From: a virus
Direction: 5' to 3' (one strand)
IMG/VR virus record: IMGVR_UViG_3300045988_043817
Coordinates: 1 to 36,063 of that record
DNA length: 36,063 nucleotides
The notes beneath the pieces were generated by a model. That model searched no databases. It was not told the origin of the DNA and saw only the letters and a program-made list of their open reading frames with translations. Numbering within the stretch: the stretch's first letter is position 1; each line of letters opens with the position of its first letter. The translations under genes were made by a program, and so were the position numbers. Positions 1 to 7,782 of this stretch are shown in pieces.

Positions 1-119
1 ATTTTTTTGAACCGTTCCCTCTTCTTCCAGTGATCCGGCCAAGAAGTCAGCGCGTTGTTGTTCGGTGCGGTCTTCATAGTCGGCTGGGAAAAGCTTATCT
101 ACGTAGTTTTCTATAATAC
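1..119. repeat. Terminal direct repeat copy 1 (identical to 35945-36063); overlap of a circularly closed contig
   Basis: 119/119 nt identical at both window ends. The repeat lies inside an ORF that stays in frame across the junction. Confidence 0.95.
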
Positions 120-2184
120 CTACTAGCGGGCTTTCTTCTGTAAATTCCTCGCGGCCTTCGTTGGCGATCGCTTCGGCTTCGTCAGACAAAACAAGGCTTT
201 CACCCAACATGTACAGCTCCATTGCTTCCGCCCAAAGTTGGTCTACCACCGCCTCAAAAGACTTTTCAAACAGCTTGTGTGTGTTTTTGTTGGCGCATAC
301 CTCGATCGGAAAGAAACGGCGGTTTCCGGTCTTGTCCTTCAAAAACTCATCGTCATTGGTAGACCCGAAGAACACACATTGACGCCTGTGTGTCTTGACG
401 CGGCGGGCGTATGCGCTACGATATGTATCTTCCCGCTTGCTGATAAAGTTCTTTGTGGCTTCCACGTCCGAGCGGCGAAGGGCTGATAACTCGGCTAGCT
501 CTACGATCCAAGCGTGCTGTATCGCTTCGTATGCTTTTTGCCCGGATATGTCGGTTAATGAATCATTAAACCAACCTTTTGAAAGGGACTGTATAAGCGT
601 GGACTTTCCTGCGCCCTGTCCTGAATACATAACCAAAGCCGTATCGAATTTGCGGCCCGGCTCATAAACTCTAGTAACAGCGGCAACCATCATTTTACGG
701 AACGCCTCGGAAACGTATATACTAGGCTTCGCACCCATGTAGTCAACCAAAAAATTATCAATACGTTTCACGCCGTCCCATCTTTGTGCCTCTAGATACT
801 TCTTGATAGGGTGAAAAGCGTTTTCGCTGCAAACCTTTTCCAGCGCGTCGTTTAATTTGCTGTCGTTGTAAATACCATGCAAATCCTCTATACGTCCACG
901 GATAATCGCTACGGCAGTATCGTCCAGCATATCACCCTTCTTGATGTCCTTCGAGAAGAACGGCGTACGGGTGTACACGATCGTGTCTAGGAACAAGTCG
1001 TATGCTAACAGATCGTTTAATAGTGGATCACACTTGAAAGCATTAACGAAGTTGCGAACGGTACACAATTTATCACCTTTGCGATCCAAGTCCCAAACCA
1101 GTTCCTCGGCGGTCTGCGCGTCGCTCTTAACATCGTCCGGGTATTCTTCGAAGTCGGCTAGATCATCGTCCACGGCTACCATATCTTTAACACACTCTTT
1201 ATCGGCGCAAATTAGCTTGTTCATCTCTCGAGTACTGTCTTCCTTACCCAGATGTCCGAACTTGTGCACCCGTACAAGGTCATAGGCATTATAAGCGTGC
1301 CCGTCTCCGATCGGATCGGTTGAGTGGTGAGAAAAACAAAGTACATCGTCATACACTACCAAGCCCGCCGCGCCTGATCCAAGGGCATAGGTATAACGTC
1401 CGTTGTCTACTTCCGTGTAAACGTCTGATAGATATTTTTCTATGGCTTCCGGTATGGTGTACGAGCGACAAAACGCGCCTATCAAACCCTCTTTGTCGCG
1501 CGGGTCTTTCGCCATCTCCTTACTAATCAGCGCTCGGGTGTCGCGTTCTACGTCTGAATGGAACGCCCAGTTGCGCACGTCTCGCCATTCTTCATTGTCT
1601 CCGTACAAGCCAATAAGATACTTGGCGTCTATCGGCTCGCCTTCGAACACTTCGAAAAATCCGGTTTGATCTTTTGAAAGGGATTGCCAGTACATCATAC
1701 GTTCCGGTTGGAATGTTGTTTTATCGAACAAGTCGATCCCTAACAACTCGGCTACTTTCCGCGCCGCCGCCTCGTACATAACCACGTCGGTAACCTCTTC
1801 TTTGAAAGGCATGATAAGACGGTAACGGCGCGATCCCGGTCTATCCGAACGCGTTGTATATATAACCGCCGCGTATCCGTGAAAACGATCCTCGAAATCA
1901 ATCGGGAAAAGATCATCGGCAAAGTCAATATCTAGCGTTATCATTGTACGAGACATAACTGCCTTTTTCAGGCGTTGCGATCCTGAAAGCTCGCCGGCCA
2001 TGAATCCGCCTACGTCTTTCAAAGACGATTTGGCGGGCTTATCCAGTTTATCGTACTCGCGTACCGTTTCGTTAGTGATAACGGGCGTACCTAAACGTTT
2101 TACAAAATCGTCCCATGTGAGGCGCACCGCCTTCCATTTCAGAGACGCTGAAGAACCTGCAAGTGATAAGGTGTATTTTTCCAT
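1..2184 (-). CDS. DNA primase/helicase, VirE-like (AEP primase-like N-terminus plus P-loop NTPase). These are the first 728 codons; the gene continues across the circular junction to a stop at 35738 (797 aa total).
   Basis: ATG at 2184-2182 (MEKYTLSLAGSS...). The frame is open to the window edge, since the track lists no minus ORF fragments here. LDIDF acidic motif; Walker A GQGAGKS at about 601-621. The frame of 2184 matches ORF 35738-35986 once the 119-nt overlap is removed. Confidence 0.85.
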   Translation of the reverse strand, partial: MEKYTLSLAGSSASLKWKAVRLTWDDFVKRLGTPVITNETVREYDKLDKPAKSSLKDVGGFMAGELSGSQRLKKAVMSRTMITLDIDFADDLFPIDFEDRFHGYAAVIYTTRSDRPGSRRYRLIMPFKEEVTDVVMYEAAARKVAELLGIDLFDKTTFQPERMMYWQSLSKDQTGFFEVFEGEPIDAKYLIGLYGDNEEWRDVRNWAFHSDVERDTRALISKEMAKDPRDKEGLIGAFCRSYTIPEAIEKYLSDVYTEVDNGRYTYALGSGAAGLVVYDDVLCFSHHSTDPIGDGHAYNAYDLVRVHKFGHLGKEDSTREMNKLICADKECVKDMVAVDDDLADFEEYPDDVKSDAQTAEELVWDLDRKGDKLCTVRNFVNAFKCDPLLNDLLAYDLFLDTIVYTRTPFFSKDIKKGDMLDDTAVAIIRGRIEDLHGIYNDSKLNDALEKVCSENAFHPIKKYLEAQRWDGVKRIDNFLVDYMGAKPSIYVSEAFRKMMVAAVTRVYEPGRKFDTALVMYSGQGAGKSTLIQSLSKGWFNDSLTDISGQKAYEAIQHAWIVELAELSALRRSDVEATKNFISKREDTYRSAYARRVKTHRRQCVFFGSTNDDEFLKDKTGNRRFFPIEVCANKNTHKLFEKSFEAVVDQLWAEAMELYMLGESLVLSDEAEAIANEGREEFTEESPLVGIIENYVDKLFPADYEDRTEQQRADFLAGSLEEEGTVQKN

Positions 2185-2189
2185 GTTAA

Positions 2190-4190
2190 TTAATCTTTCT
2201 TATAATAATTACTAGTGAATCCTTCTGCCTTTAGCGGAATACCGAAAACTTCCGCCCATTTTGGTGTAGCTGCCATAGCTGTACAAATTTCATCCAGCGA
2301 AACAACCGGGTCTCCAAAATCATCTAAAGGCGTTTCGTTTACCGTTTCGTCGTGGATATGTCCCACGATTTTAACCATAGGATAACGTTGTACAATTGTC
2401 TGCATACCATATGCCAAAAGGTCGCGGCTGATAGCCTGTGTTATATTTTCGGTTAGCTTTCCGCCGTATGTATCTAAGTCCGCCCATTTGCCCGTGAGGT
2501 CTTGACCTTTGTATGTTATAACCTCCCTGTCTTGTCCGTTCACGCTTTTTGTGGCGATCCGGCAAAACGGGTAAAACAAACGACGGCCCGAAGGTAATAA
2601 AATTGCTAGAGAATTGTTTTCTTTAAACCATTGAAAAGTACAAACGTGTACGCCGTACCGGATAACCTCCACGTCCCTCTTGTTACGAATACAGAGTTTA
2701 GCACGGCTGTCCAGGGCCTCCCAAAATTCAACCACCCTCGGAGAAGCGGCGCGCCATCTCAATATAATGTCCTTGTATAACGATGGATCGATTGCCTTTT
2801 CATAGTCCATCGTAGACATAGCACCTACCCAACCGCCATAACCTAATGCAAGCTCGGTTACTTTCCCCTGTTGGCGGTAATGAGTGCCTTTGCCGCACTC
2901 CTCGACGGGTAGCCCAAACGTCATACTAGCGGAAACGGCGTAAATGTCCTTGCTATGCCTGAAAGCGTCTATACGCCAATCTTCACGACATAGGCACGCC
3001 AGTACACGGGCTTCGATGGCGGAATAGTCGGCGATATGAAATGTAGTGCCTTCCGGTGCTACAAACGTGGTTCTGATAAGCTGCGATAATGTGTCGGGCA
3101 CATTTCCCCAAAACGTTTCGAAGTCCTGCAAACACATGTGTTTAACATTACCGCGTGCGCCGTCTAGGTCATGTATGTAGTTACGTGGCAGGTTCTGCAT
3201 TTGGACTAGTCTACCGGCCCATCTGCCAGTACGGCCCGCGCCATAGAAACGGTACAAACCGTGTACGCGTCCGTCGAAGCACACGCAATTGCGCATCGCG
3301 GTATATTTGGCGTTACTAGTCTTGTTTATGATCTTACGGGCGTTCAGTACCTCGTCTACTCGTTCGTTGTCGCACTCGGCTATAATGGCGTCTATGTCCT
3401 CTTTGCGGAACGAATCAAAAGACTTTCCGGTTTGGATCATTACAAAGTCCTTTAGTTGCATTGTGGACTTTAAAGAAGATATGCCGTACTTAGTTTTAAT
3501 CCGGTTCTTTAAGTCCTCGCAAAATTCCTCGTTGAGAGCGTCCGCCCGTTCGGCTAGTTCCATGTCTACGGCTATGCCGTTGTCGTTTATGTCTTGGTCC
3601 AGCCTGTACAGGTCTATTTCCGACTGTGGGAACTTACAGTAATTTAGGCGTGCCAGTGCTTCACGTTCCGATAAGACATCATATCGTAGGTAGTCTATAA
3701 ATTCCTCCCACTTTTCCGGATAGTCTTTTGACAAGTTCCGGTACTCTTCCGGGTTCGCTTTGGCCGGCTTCTGTGGTTGGCAAAAGAATTTTATAAGGGC
3801 TAGACCTGTGCCCTTTTTGCCCTCTTTCAGATCAAGGGCTTTAGAAAGGTTTCCCAAGCTTTCGGGGAATCCGGCGTATAGTGCCATAGTTGCGGTACAT
3901 AGGAAACGTTCCGCGGGAATGTCTACCTTATACGCTTTCAAACACAGGCGTTCGAATTGGGCATTGTGTGCCACAATCGTATATTGGGGCGACAAGATGA
4001 GACGAGCGAAAGCGGCAAATTTTATGATCGATCCGGGCTGTGTCATATCAATGATATTAACGTCTCCATCCTCGATCGCGTAACCTATCAAAAGTATCTC
4101 AAAGTCGGGCGATTGCGTATATCTGTACGCGCCGCCGCTCTTTATGTCCTCGCTTGAATAAGTTTCAAAATCTATATAAATTGGTTTCAT
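2190..4190 (-). CDS. Family A DNA polymerase with 3'-5' exonuclease domain (666 aa)
   Basis: Exo motifs DFETYS, AHNAQFE and YLRYDV. Pol motif A DYSAIEARVLA, motif B RQQGKVTELALGYGG, motif C HIHDE. ATG at 4190 is preferred over the track's GTG at 4238, which lies inside a hairpin. Confidence 0.93.
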   Translation of the reverse strand: MKPIYIDFETYSSEDIKSGGAYRYTQSPDFEILLIGYAIEDGDVNIIDMTQPGSIIKFAAFARLILSPQYTIVAHNAQFERLCLKAYKVDIPAERFLCTATMALYAGFPESLGNLSKALDLKEGKKGTGLALIKFFCQPQKPAKANPEEYRNLSKDYPEKWEEFIDYLRYDVLSEREALARLNYCKFPQSEIDLYRLDQDINDNGIAVDMELAERADALNEEFCEDLKNRIKTKYGISSLKSTMQLKDFVMIQTGKSFDSFRKEDIDAIIAECDNERVDEVLNARKIINKTSNAKYTAMRNCVCFDGRVHGLYRFYGAGRTGRWAGRLVQMQNLPRNYIHDLDGARGNVKHMCLQDFETFWGNVPDTLSQLIRTTFVAPEGTTFHIADYSAIEARVLACLCREDWRIDAFRHSKDIYAVSASMTFGLPVEECGKGTHYRQQGKVTELALGYGGWVGAMSTMDYEKAIDPSLYKDIILRWRAASPRVVEFWEALDSRAKLCIRNKRDVEVIRYGVHVCTFQWFKENNSLAILLPSGRRLFYPFCRIATKSVNGQDREVITYKGQDLTGKWADLDTYGGKLTENITQAISRDLLAYGMQTIVQRYPMVKIVGHIHDETVNETPLDDFGDPVVSLDEICTAMAATPKWAEVFGIPLKAEGFTSNYYKKD

Positions 4191-4210
4191 GTTTTTAGGG
4201 GTTTTAAAGT

Positions 4211-4245
4211 TAAAAGCCGCACCGCTTCTACTCGGCACGGCTTTT
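4211..4245 (-). terminator. Minus-strand-specific hairpin plus U-tract between the SSB and polymerase genes (attenuator or partial terminator)
   Basis: Minus-strand RNA GCCGUGCCG-AGUAGAAG-CGGUGCGGC-UUUUAAC forms a 9-bp stem with two G-U pairs. On the plus strand those positions would be A-C mismatches. Confidence 0.45.
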
Positions 4246-4316
4246 AAGAATCATTTTACACTTGTTAATTTAAAAACTTGATTGATTAATAATTATATTT
4301 AAAAATTCACTGTAAT

Positions 4317-4892
4317 TTAAAATGGAGCGTTCATTCCAAACGGATCATCATTTTCATCGCTTAAGTCGTCGAAGTCGTTAACGCTTGCTCCGCCGTCCAG
4401 TCTATCGCCATCAGTTACTTTCTGTATTCCATTCAATCCGGCGGTAATACCGCGGTTGTCGGCGCTCATGTTATAACCGAAAAGCGAGATTGAAGCTACT
4501 CCCCACGAGCCGGAATACATATCTTCCTTAACGGTGATCGGGCGTTTACCTTTATCGATTACGATCGGTTGCCCGTGTTCCTCTTTGCGCTTCGCTGTGA
4601 TGTAGTACATACCCTCAAATCCGGCTTGTCCTTCCTTCTCCGGCGCGTCGCCATCCTTTAACGGACTTTTGTAATTTTCCGGCACACGTCCCTTGAATTT
4701 TGGGTCCCTTGAAAAATAATCCTGTGCTTCTGCCTTAACCGCATCATTAATTTGCTTAACTAGGGCGATGTCTGTTTTGGGGATCAGAAGAACAACACTG
4801 TAATGAAAATCACCTACCCCGTTGAATTGTTCTGCCTCGAAAACTCTTACATAAGAGAAACGTACGTTTTTTAAGATCAATTTTCTACTCAT
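4317..4892 (-). CDS. Phage ssDNA-binding protein, DUF2815 family (191 aa)
   Basis: N-terminal LKNVRFSYVRVFE signature and acidic C-terminal tail DDLSDENDDPF. Conserved position between the DUF2800 and polymerase genes. The track start at 4919 is TTG; an ATG lies at 4892. Confidence 0.8.
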   Translation of the reverse strand: MSRKLILKNVRFSYVRVFEAEQFNGVGDFHYSVVLLIPKTDIALVKQINDAVKAEAQDYFSRDPKFKGRVPENYKSPLKDGDAPEKEGQAGFEGMYYITAKRKEEHGQPIVIDKGKRPITVKEDMYSGSWGVASISLFGYNMSADNRGITAGLNGIQKVTDGDRLDGGASVNDFDDLSDENDDPFGMNAPF

Positions 4893-4916
4893 AATTTTTA
4901 AGATTTTAATTTGGTT

Positions 4917-4924
4917 CAAAGATA
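4917..4924 (-). promoter_or_regulatory. Possible Bacteroidota -7 box (TATCTTTG) ahead of the SSB gene
   Basis: Matches TAnnTTTG 25 nt upstream of ATG 4892. The spacer resembles other promoter copies (TTTTATTTTAGACT), but the -33 element is weak. Confidence 0.35.
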
Positions 4925-4983
4925 TTGTTTTATTTTAGACTTTGAACCGCTTATACATTCTTTAATTGTTTTTTTAACTTCTG

Positions 4984-6147
4984 TTATCCTTCTATGTCGA
5001 AGTCGCAAAGCGGGCTGTATTCCATGCCCTTAGCGGATTCCGGTACTAGCTTTGGTGCGCCGGGTCTCGATTCGATTGCGTCTCCAAATCTAGCGCTAAA
5101 TACCTTTTTGCCTACCAACTTTTCGAGGTCTCCGATACCTTTTAGCTTGATGTTTAAAACCTCGTCCTCTAGGTACTCGTTTAGGAGCGCTTGGCGTATC
5201 TTCGCCTCATCCTTGATAACTCGGCTGGATCTACCTGCTACGAGCTTGTAGCCCTCCCATTTGTGCCCCTGTATCGCCCTGTCGTAGACGTACTTGTTAA
5301 CTGATTCGATCCAACTTTTGTACGTGTCGATCTTCCCTATAAGGTCTACTATCTCCTCGTCAGATAATAACAGCGGTTCGGGCTTTTCTTCGAAATCTGC
5401 GAGTATTGCATCGCGTTGCGCCCTGCATTGCGCTTTAACCGGGCAAAAACCGCACCAACTTCCGATAACCTGTTTTCCTTTGCCCTGTATTGCCGCTTTT
5501 GCAGCCGGTTTCAGGACTTTTTCTGCCCAGTCGAGTAATTCACCCTTTGACATCTCGAACGTGTCGTAGTGGTCTAATCTGACTTGTGCGATTGTCATAC
5601 GGATTTTTTCGATACGATCCGATTCAAGGCTTTTCAAAGTTCCAAGAGCGTACATTAACATTTGCTCGTTCATGTCAGCCGATACCCGGACACCTGTGCC
5701 GTACTTCAGATCAATAATATGGATCGTCTTGTCAGATACTAGTGTTACGTCTACCGACCCGAAGGAATCCGGCGCGAAGTCCGTAATGTCTACTCGACGC
5801 TCTAGGAACGTCCGGCACATGCCATCCTGTTTTTGCATCTCGTAATTTTCACCGATAACAAACTCGCAATAGTCCCGTATATAATCCGCCATGTCTACGC
5901 CGAAAAGCGGGTTTTCAAGATGTTCGTCTTTCAACGGTACCGCATCATCAATTATCGGATCGTATGCTCCTTCCAAATATTTAGTCAAAGCGTATTCGGC
6001 TATTTCGTGGGCTAGCGTGCCCTCTTCGGCGTAAACGCTTGACTTGCTGCCTGCGGCTTCCGCTAGTAGCGCCGACGGAGTACAATTAATCCACCGTTTC
6101 GCGCTACTCGGCGATAAAATCGCGTGATCTCTTTCTGCGTGTCCCAT
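4984..6147 (-). CDS. PD-(D/E)XK nuclease, DUF2800 family (Cas4-like, Cys cluster)
   Basis: ILSPSSAKRWINCTPS N-terminus, IIDLKYG core, and C-terminal CGFCPVKAQC cysteines. Confidence 0.8.
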   Translation of the reverse strand: MGHAERDHAILSPSSAKRWINCTPSALLAEAAGSKSSVYAEEGTLAHEIAEYALTKYLEGAYDPIIDDAVPLKDEHLENPLFGVDMADYIRDYCEFVIGENYEMQKQDGMCRTFLERRVDITDFAPDSFGSVDVTLVSDKTIHIIDLKYGTGVRVSADMNEQMLMYALGTLKSLESDRIEKIRMTIAQVRLDHYDTFEMSKGELLDWAEKVLKPAAKAAIQGKGKQVIGSWCGFCPVKAQCRAQRDAILADFEEKPEPLLLSDEEIVDLIGKIDTYKSWIESVNKYVYDRAIQGHKWEGYKLVAGRSSRVIKDEAKIRQALLNEYLEDEVLNIKLKGIGDLEKLVGKKVFSARFGDAIESRPGAPKLVPESAKGMEYSPLCDFDIEG

Positions 6148-6713
6148 TACAGACGAGTTGAGATGTATTCGATGAACTCCGCGAACATGCTCTCTTTAAG
6201 TGTCGGGAAAGACGTTGCGCCTACCTGTTCGAATGCTTCTTGCACTAAGGGGCGTTTCTTTGCGTTTAGAGCCTTCATTGCCCATTGCTTACACTCTTCC
6301 ACTGTGTGCTCCGTTTCGTCCTTGGCGGGCTTCTCTACTGGTGCAGCGGGTGCTTTCGGGGCGGGTGCTTCCACTTCTTTAGCTTCTTCCACTGGTGCAG
6401 GTTCTTCCACTGGTGCAGGTTCTTCCGCTGGTGCGGGCTTCGCGGTACGCTTAGCACGTGCCTTCGCGCGCTCTGCTTCCATCAATAACGGCAAGCACAC
6501 TTCTTCACCCTTCGCCTTTGTTGCTTCTACAACCGCGTCCGCCAACTTGTCAAGATCTGTTTTTGCGTTCGCGGTTGCTTCGTCGTTCGGTCCATAAACT
6601 TTGGCTTCCGTTGATACGGGAAGACTTCCCTCTGCCAGCTCGCGCAAATAGTTAGACGTCGCCAACAAATCCTGTTTACTCTCGTTTCCTAATAATTCAA
6701 TTACTACTTTCAT
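6147..6713 (-). CDS. Hypothetical early protein with acidic Pro/Glu-rich repeat linker (188 aa)
   Basis: ATG overlaps the upstream stop as ATGA. PAPAEEPAPVEEPAPVEE is encoded by an 18-bp tandem repeat. TAATG junction with the next gene. Confidence 0.7.
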   Translation of the reverse strand: MKVVIELLGNESKQDLLATSNYLRELAEGSLPVSTEAKVYGPNDEATANAKTDLDKLADAVVEATKAKGEEVCLPLLMEAERAKARAKRTAKPAPAEEPAPVEEPAPVEEAKEVEAPAPKAPAAPVEKPAKDETEHTVEECKQWAMKALNAKKRPLVQEAFEQVGATSFPTLKESMFAEFIEYISTRL

Positions 6714-6889
6714 TTTTTCTTAAAATTAAAAATTGTTTCTAATAGCTCGTTTTTGTTCACTCTGATTTTTCCTACGCCGTTCTCGTAACGGGTGAGCTTT
6801 CCCGAATTGAGTTGATAGCGTATCGCATTTTCCGTAACCTCGGCGATCCGGGCGGCTTCCGCGACTGTGATTAACTCGACTTTTTCCAT
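6710..6889 (-). CDS. Small helix-turn-helix DNA-binding protein, MerR/excisionase-like (59 aa; not in the ORF track)
   Basis: Translates as MEKVELITVAEAARIAEVTENAIRYQLNSGKLTRYENGVGKIRVNKNELLETIFNFKKK. Its stop overlaps the next ATG as ATGA. It replaces the out-of-frame track ORF 6726-7094. Confidence 0.7.
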   Translation of the reverse strand: MEKVELITVAEAARIAEVTENAIRYQLNSGKLTRYENGVGKIRVNKNELLETIFNFKKK

Positions 6890-7203
6890 TGCATCTTTTT
6901 ATTGAATTTAAAACTAAGTTCATTAGAGCCTCTAAAGGTTTTAACGTGATCGGAAAAAGCGGCTTTCCGGGCTTGTTCGAAAATGCTTTCGTACCGTTTG
7001 GCATGTGGAATAATAAAACCTCGGATTTTATACTTAAACTTTTTTCCGGCTTCTTCTTCTCGTTGCAAATCTTTGTAGACCATTCCCGACACACCCGGAT
7101 AACCGTATATGTTCGTGACCTCTCCGATCGTTTCGCACGCTTTAATCCTCTCCGTTATCACTTTGTAAAAGAACGCTTCTAACTTGTAAATGTCTACTGC
7201 CAT
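6871..7203 (-). CDS. Hypothetical protein, first gene of the early operon (110 aa)
   Basis: ATG-initiated ORF about 90 nt downstream of a consensus promoter. Confidence 0.65.
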   Translation of the reverse strand: MAVDIYKLEAFFYKVITERIKACETIGEVTNIYGYPGVSGMVYKDLQREEEAGKKFKYKIRGFIIPHAKRYESIFEQARKAAFSDHVKTFRGSNELSFKFNKKMQWKKSS

Positions 7204-7292
7204 ATCTAGTAATGTTTAAAACGATTCTCCGGTATCGGAATAGTTCAACAAATTTAGTAGGCTTTTCAGTTGTTTTATCGCTTTCGATGTTA

Positions 7293-7322
7293 CAAAGGTA
7301 ATGCTTTATTTTGGACTACAAA
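7293..7322 (-). promoter_or_regulatory. Bacteroidota-type promoter (TTTG-N18-TACCTTTG) for the early/replication operon
   Basis: Minus strand: -33 TTTG at 7322-7319 and -7 TACCTTTG at 7300-7293. About 75% identical over about 62 nt to the promoter at 35582-35645. Confidence 0.55.
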
Positions 7323-7383
7323 ACTATTTCCCAAAAAACTTTAGTAATTTAACTCTGATTAACGGTTTTGAAGGTTTGATAAC

Positions 7384-7698
7384 GGTGTAAAAGACAAATA
7401 GTCCTTTTTAAGTGGATCTTTACACCCTTAACTAATTGCGTATCAGTTGTTTATGTGGCAAAAACAGGTGAAGTGCATAAGATATAGGATAGTTTTCTAT
7501 AAAGTTTAAAATAAAATATTTCCATAAATTCATTCACATATTAATTCATATATTTACATATTTTATAGATTATATTACTTTTCCGTTTTTATCTCTATAT
7601 AACATCTTTACATCTTTTACAAATGGTATATATTGATAGATAAAGTACTAGTTATTAGGGAGTTAAGTGTAAAAGATACAAATTTTAATCTTTTACAT
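7384..7698. repeat. Non-coding module copy A (diverged duplicate of 27291-27594) carrying GTGTAAAAGAT-type motifs
   Basis: Identical blocks: 7425-7445, 7604-7624 and 7639-7650. Block 7661-7698 matches copy B at 35/38. Perfect 10-bp inverted repeat at 7668-7677 / 7688-7697. Confidence 0.85.
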
Positions 7699-7782
7699 GC
7701 AAAAAAGCCAACTCGTTAAGAATCAGCGTTTTAAGTTTTTAAGTGCAAAAGATGGAAGGGCATTTATAAAAGACGAAAAGCA

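Noticed and set aside
4191-4238. Upstream extended starts in the track (4238 GTG, 4919 TTG, 12479 TTG, 25125 TTG, 27186 TTG, 33115 GTG)
   Set aside because: Each extension begins at a non-ATG codon and runs into a hairpin, a promoter -7 box or the upstream gene. A nearby in-frame ATG gives a compact junction in every case.
6726-7094. 122-aa minus-strand ORF from the track
   Set aside because: It overlaps the 110-aa first early gene out of frame for most of its length. The 59-aa HTH frame (6710-6889), with an ATGA junction, explains the region better.
7446-7603. The AT-rich cores of the two modules as a CRISPR-like or mini-array structure
   Set aside because: There are no regularly spaced identical repeats of 24-40 nt and no cas genes. 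The repeated elements are 10-12 bp motifs in mixed orientation.
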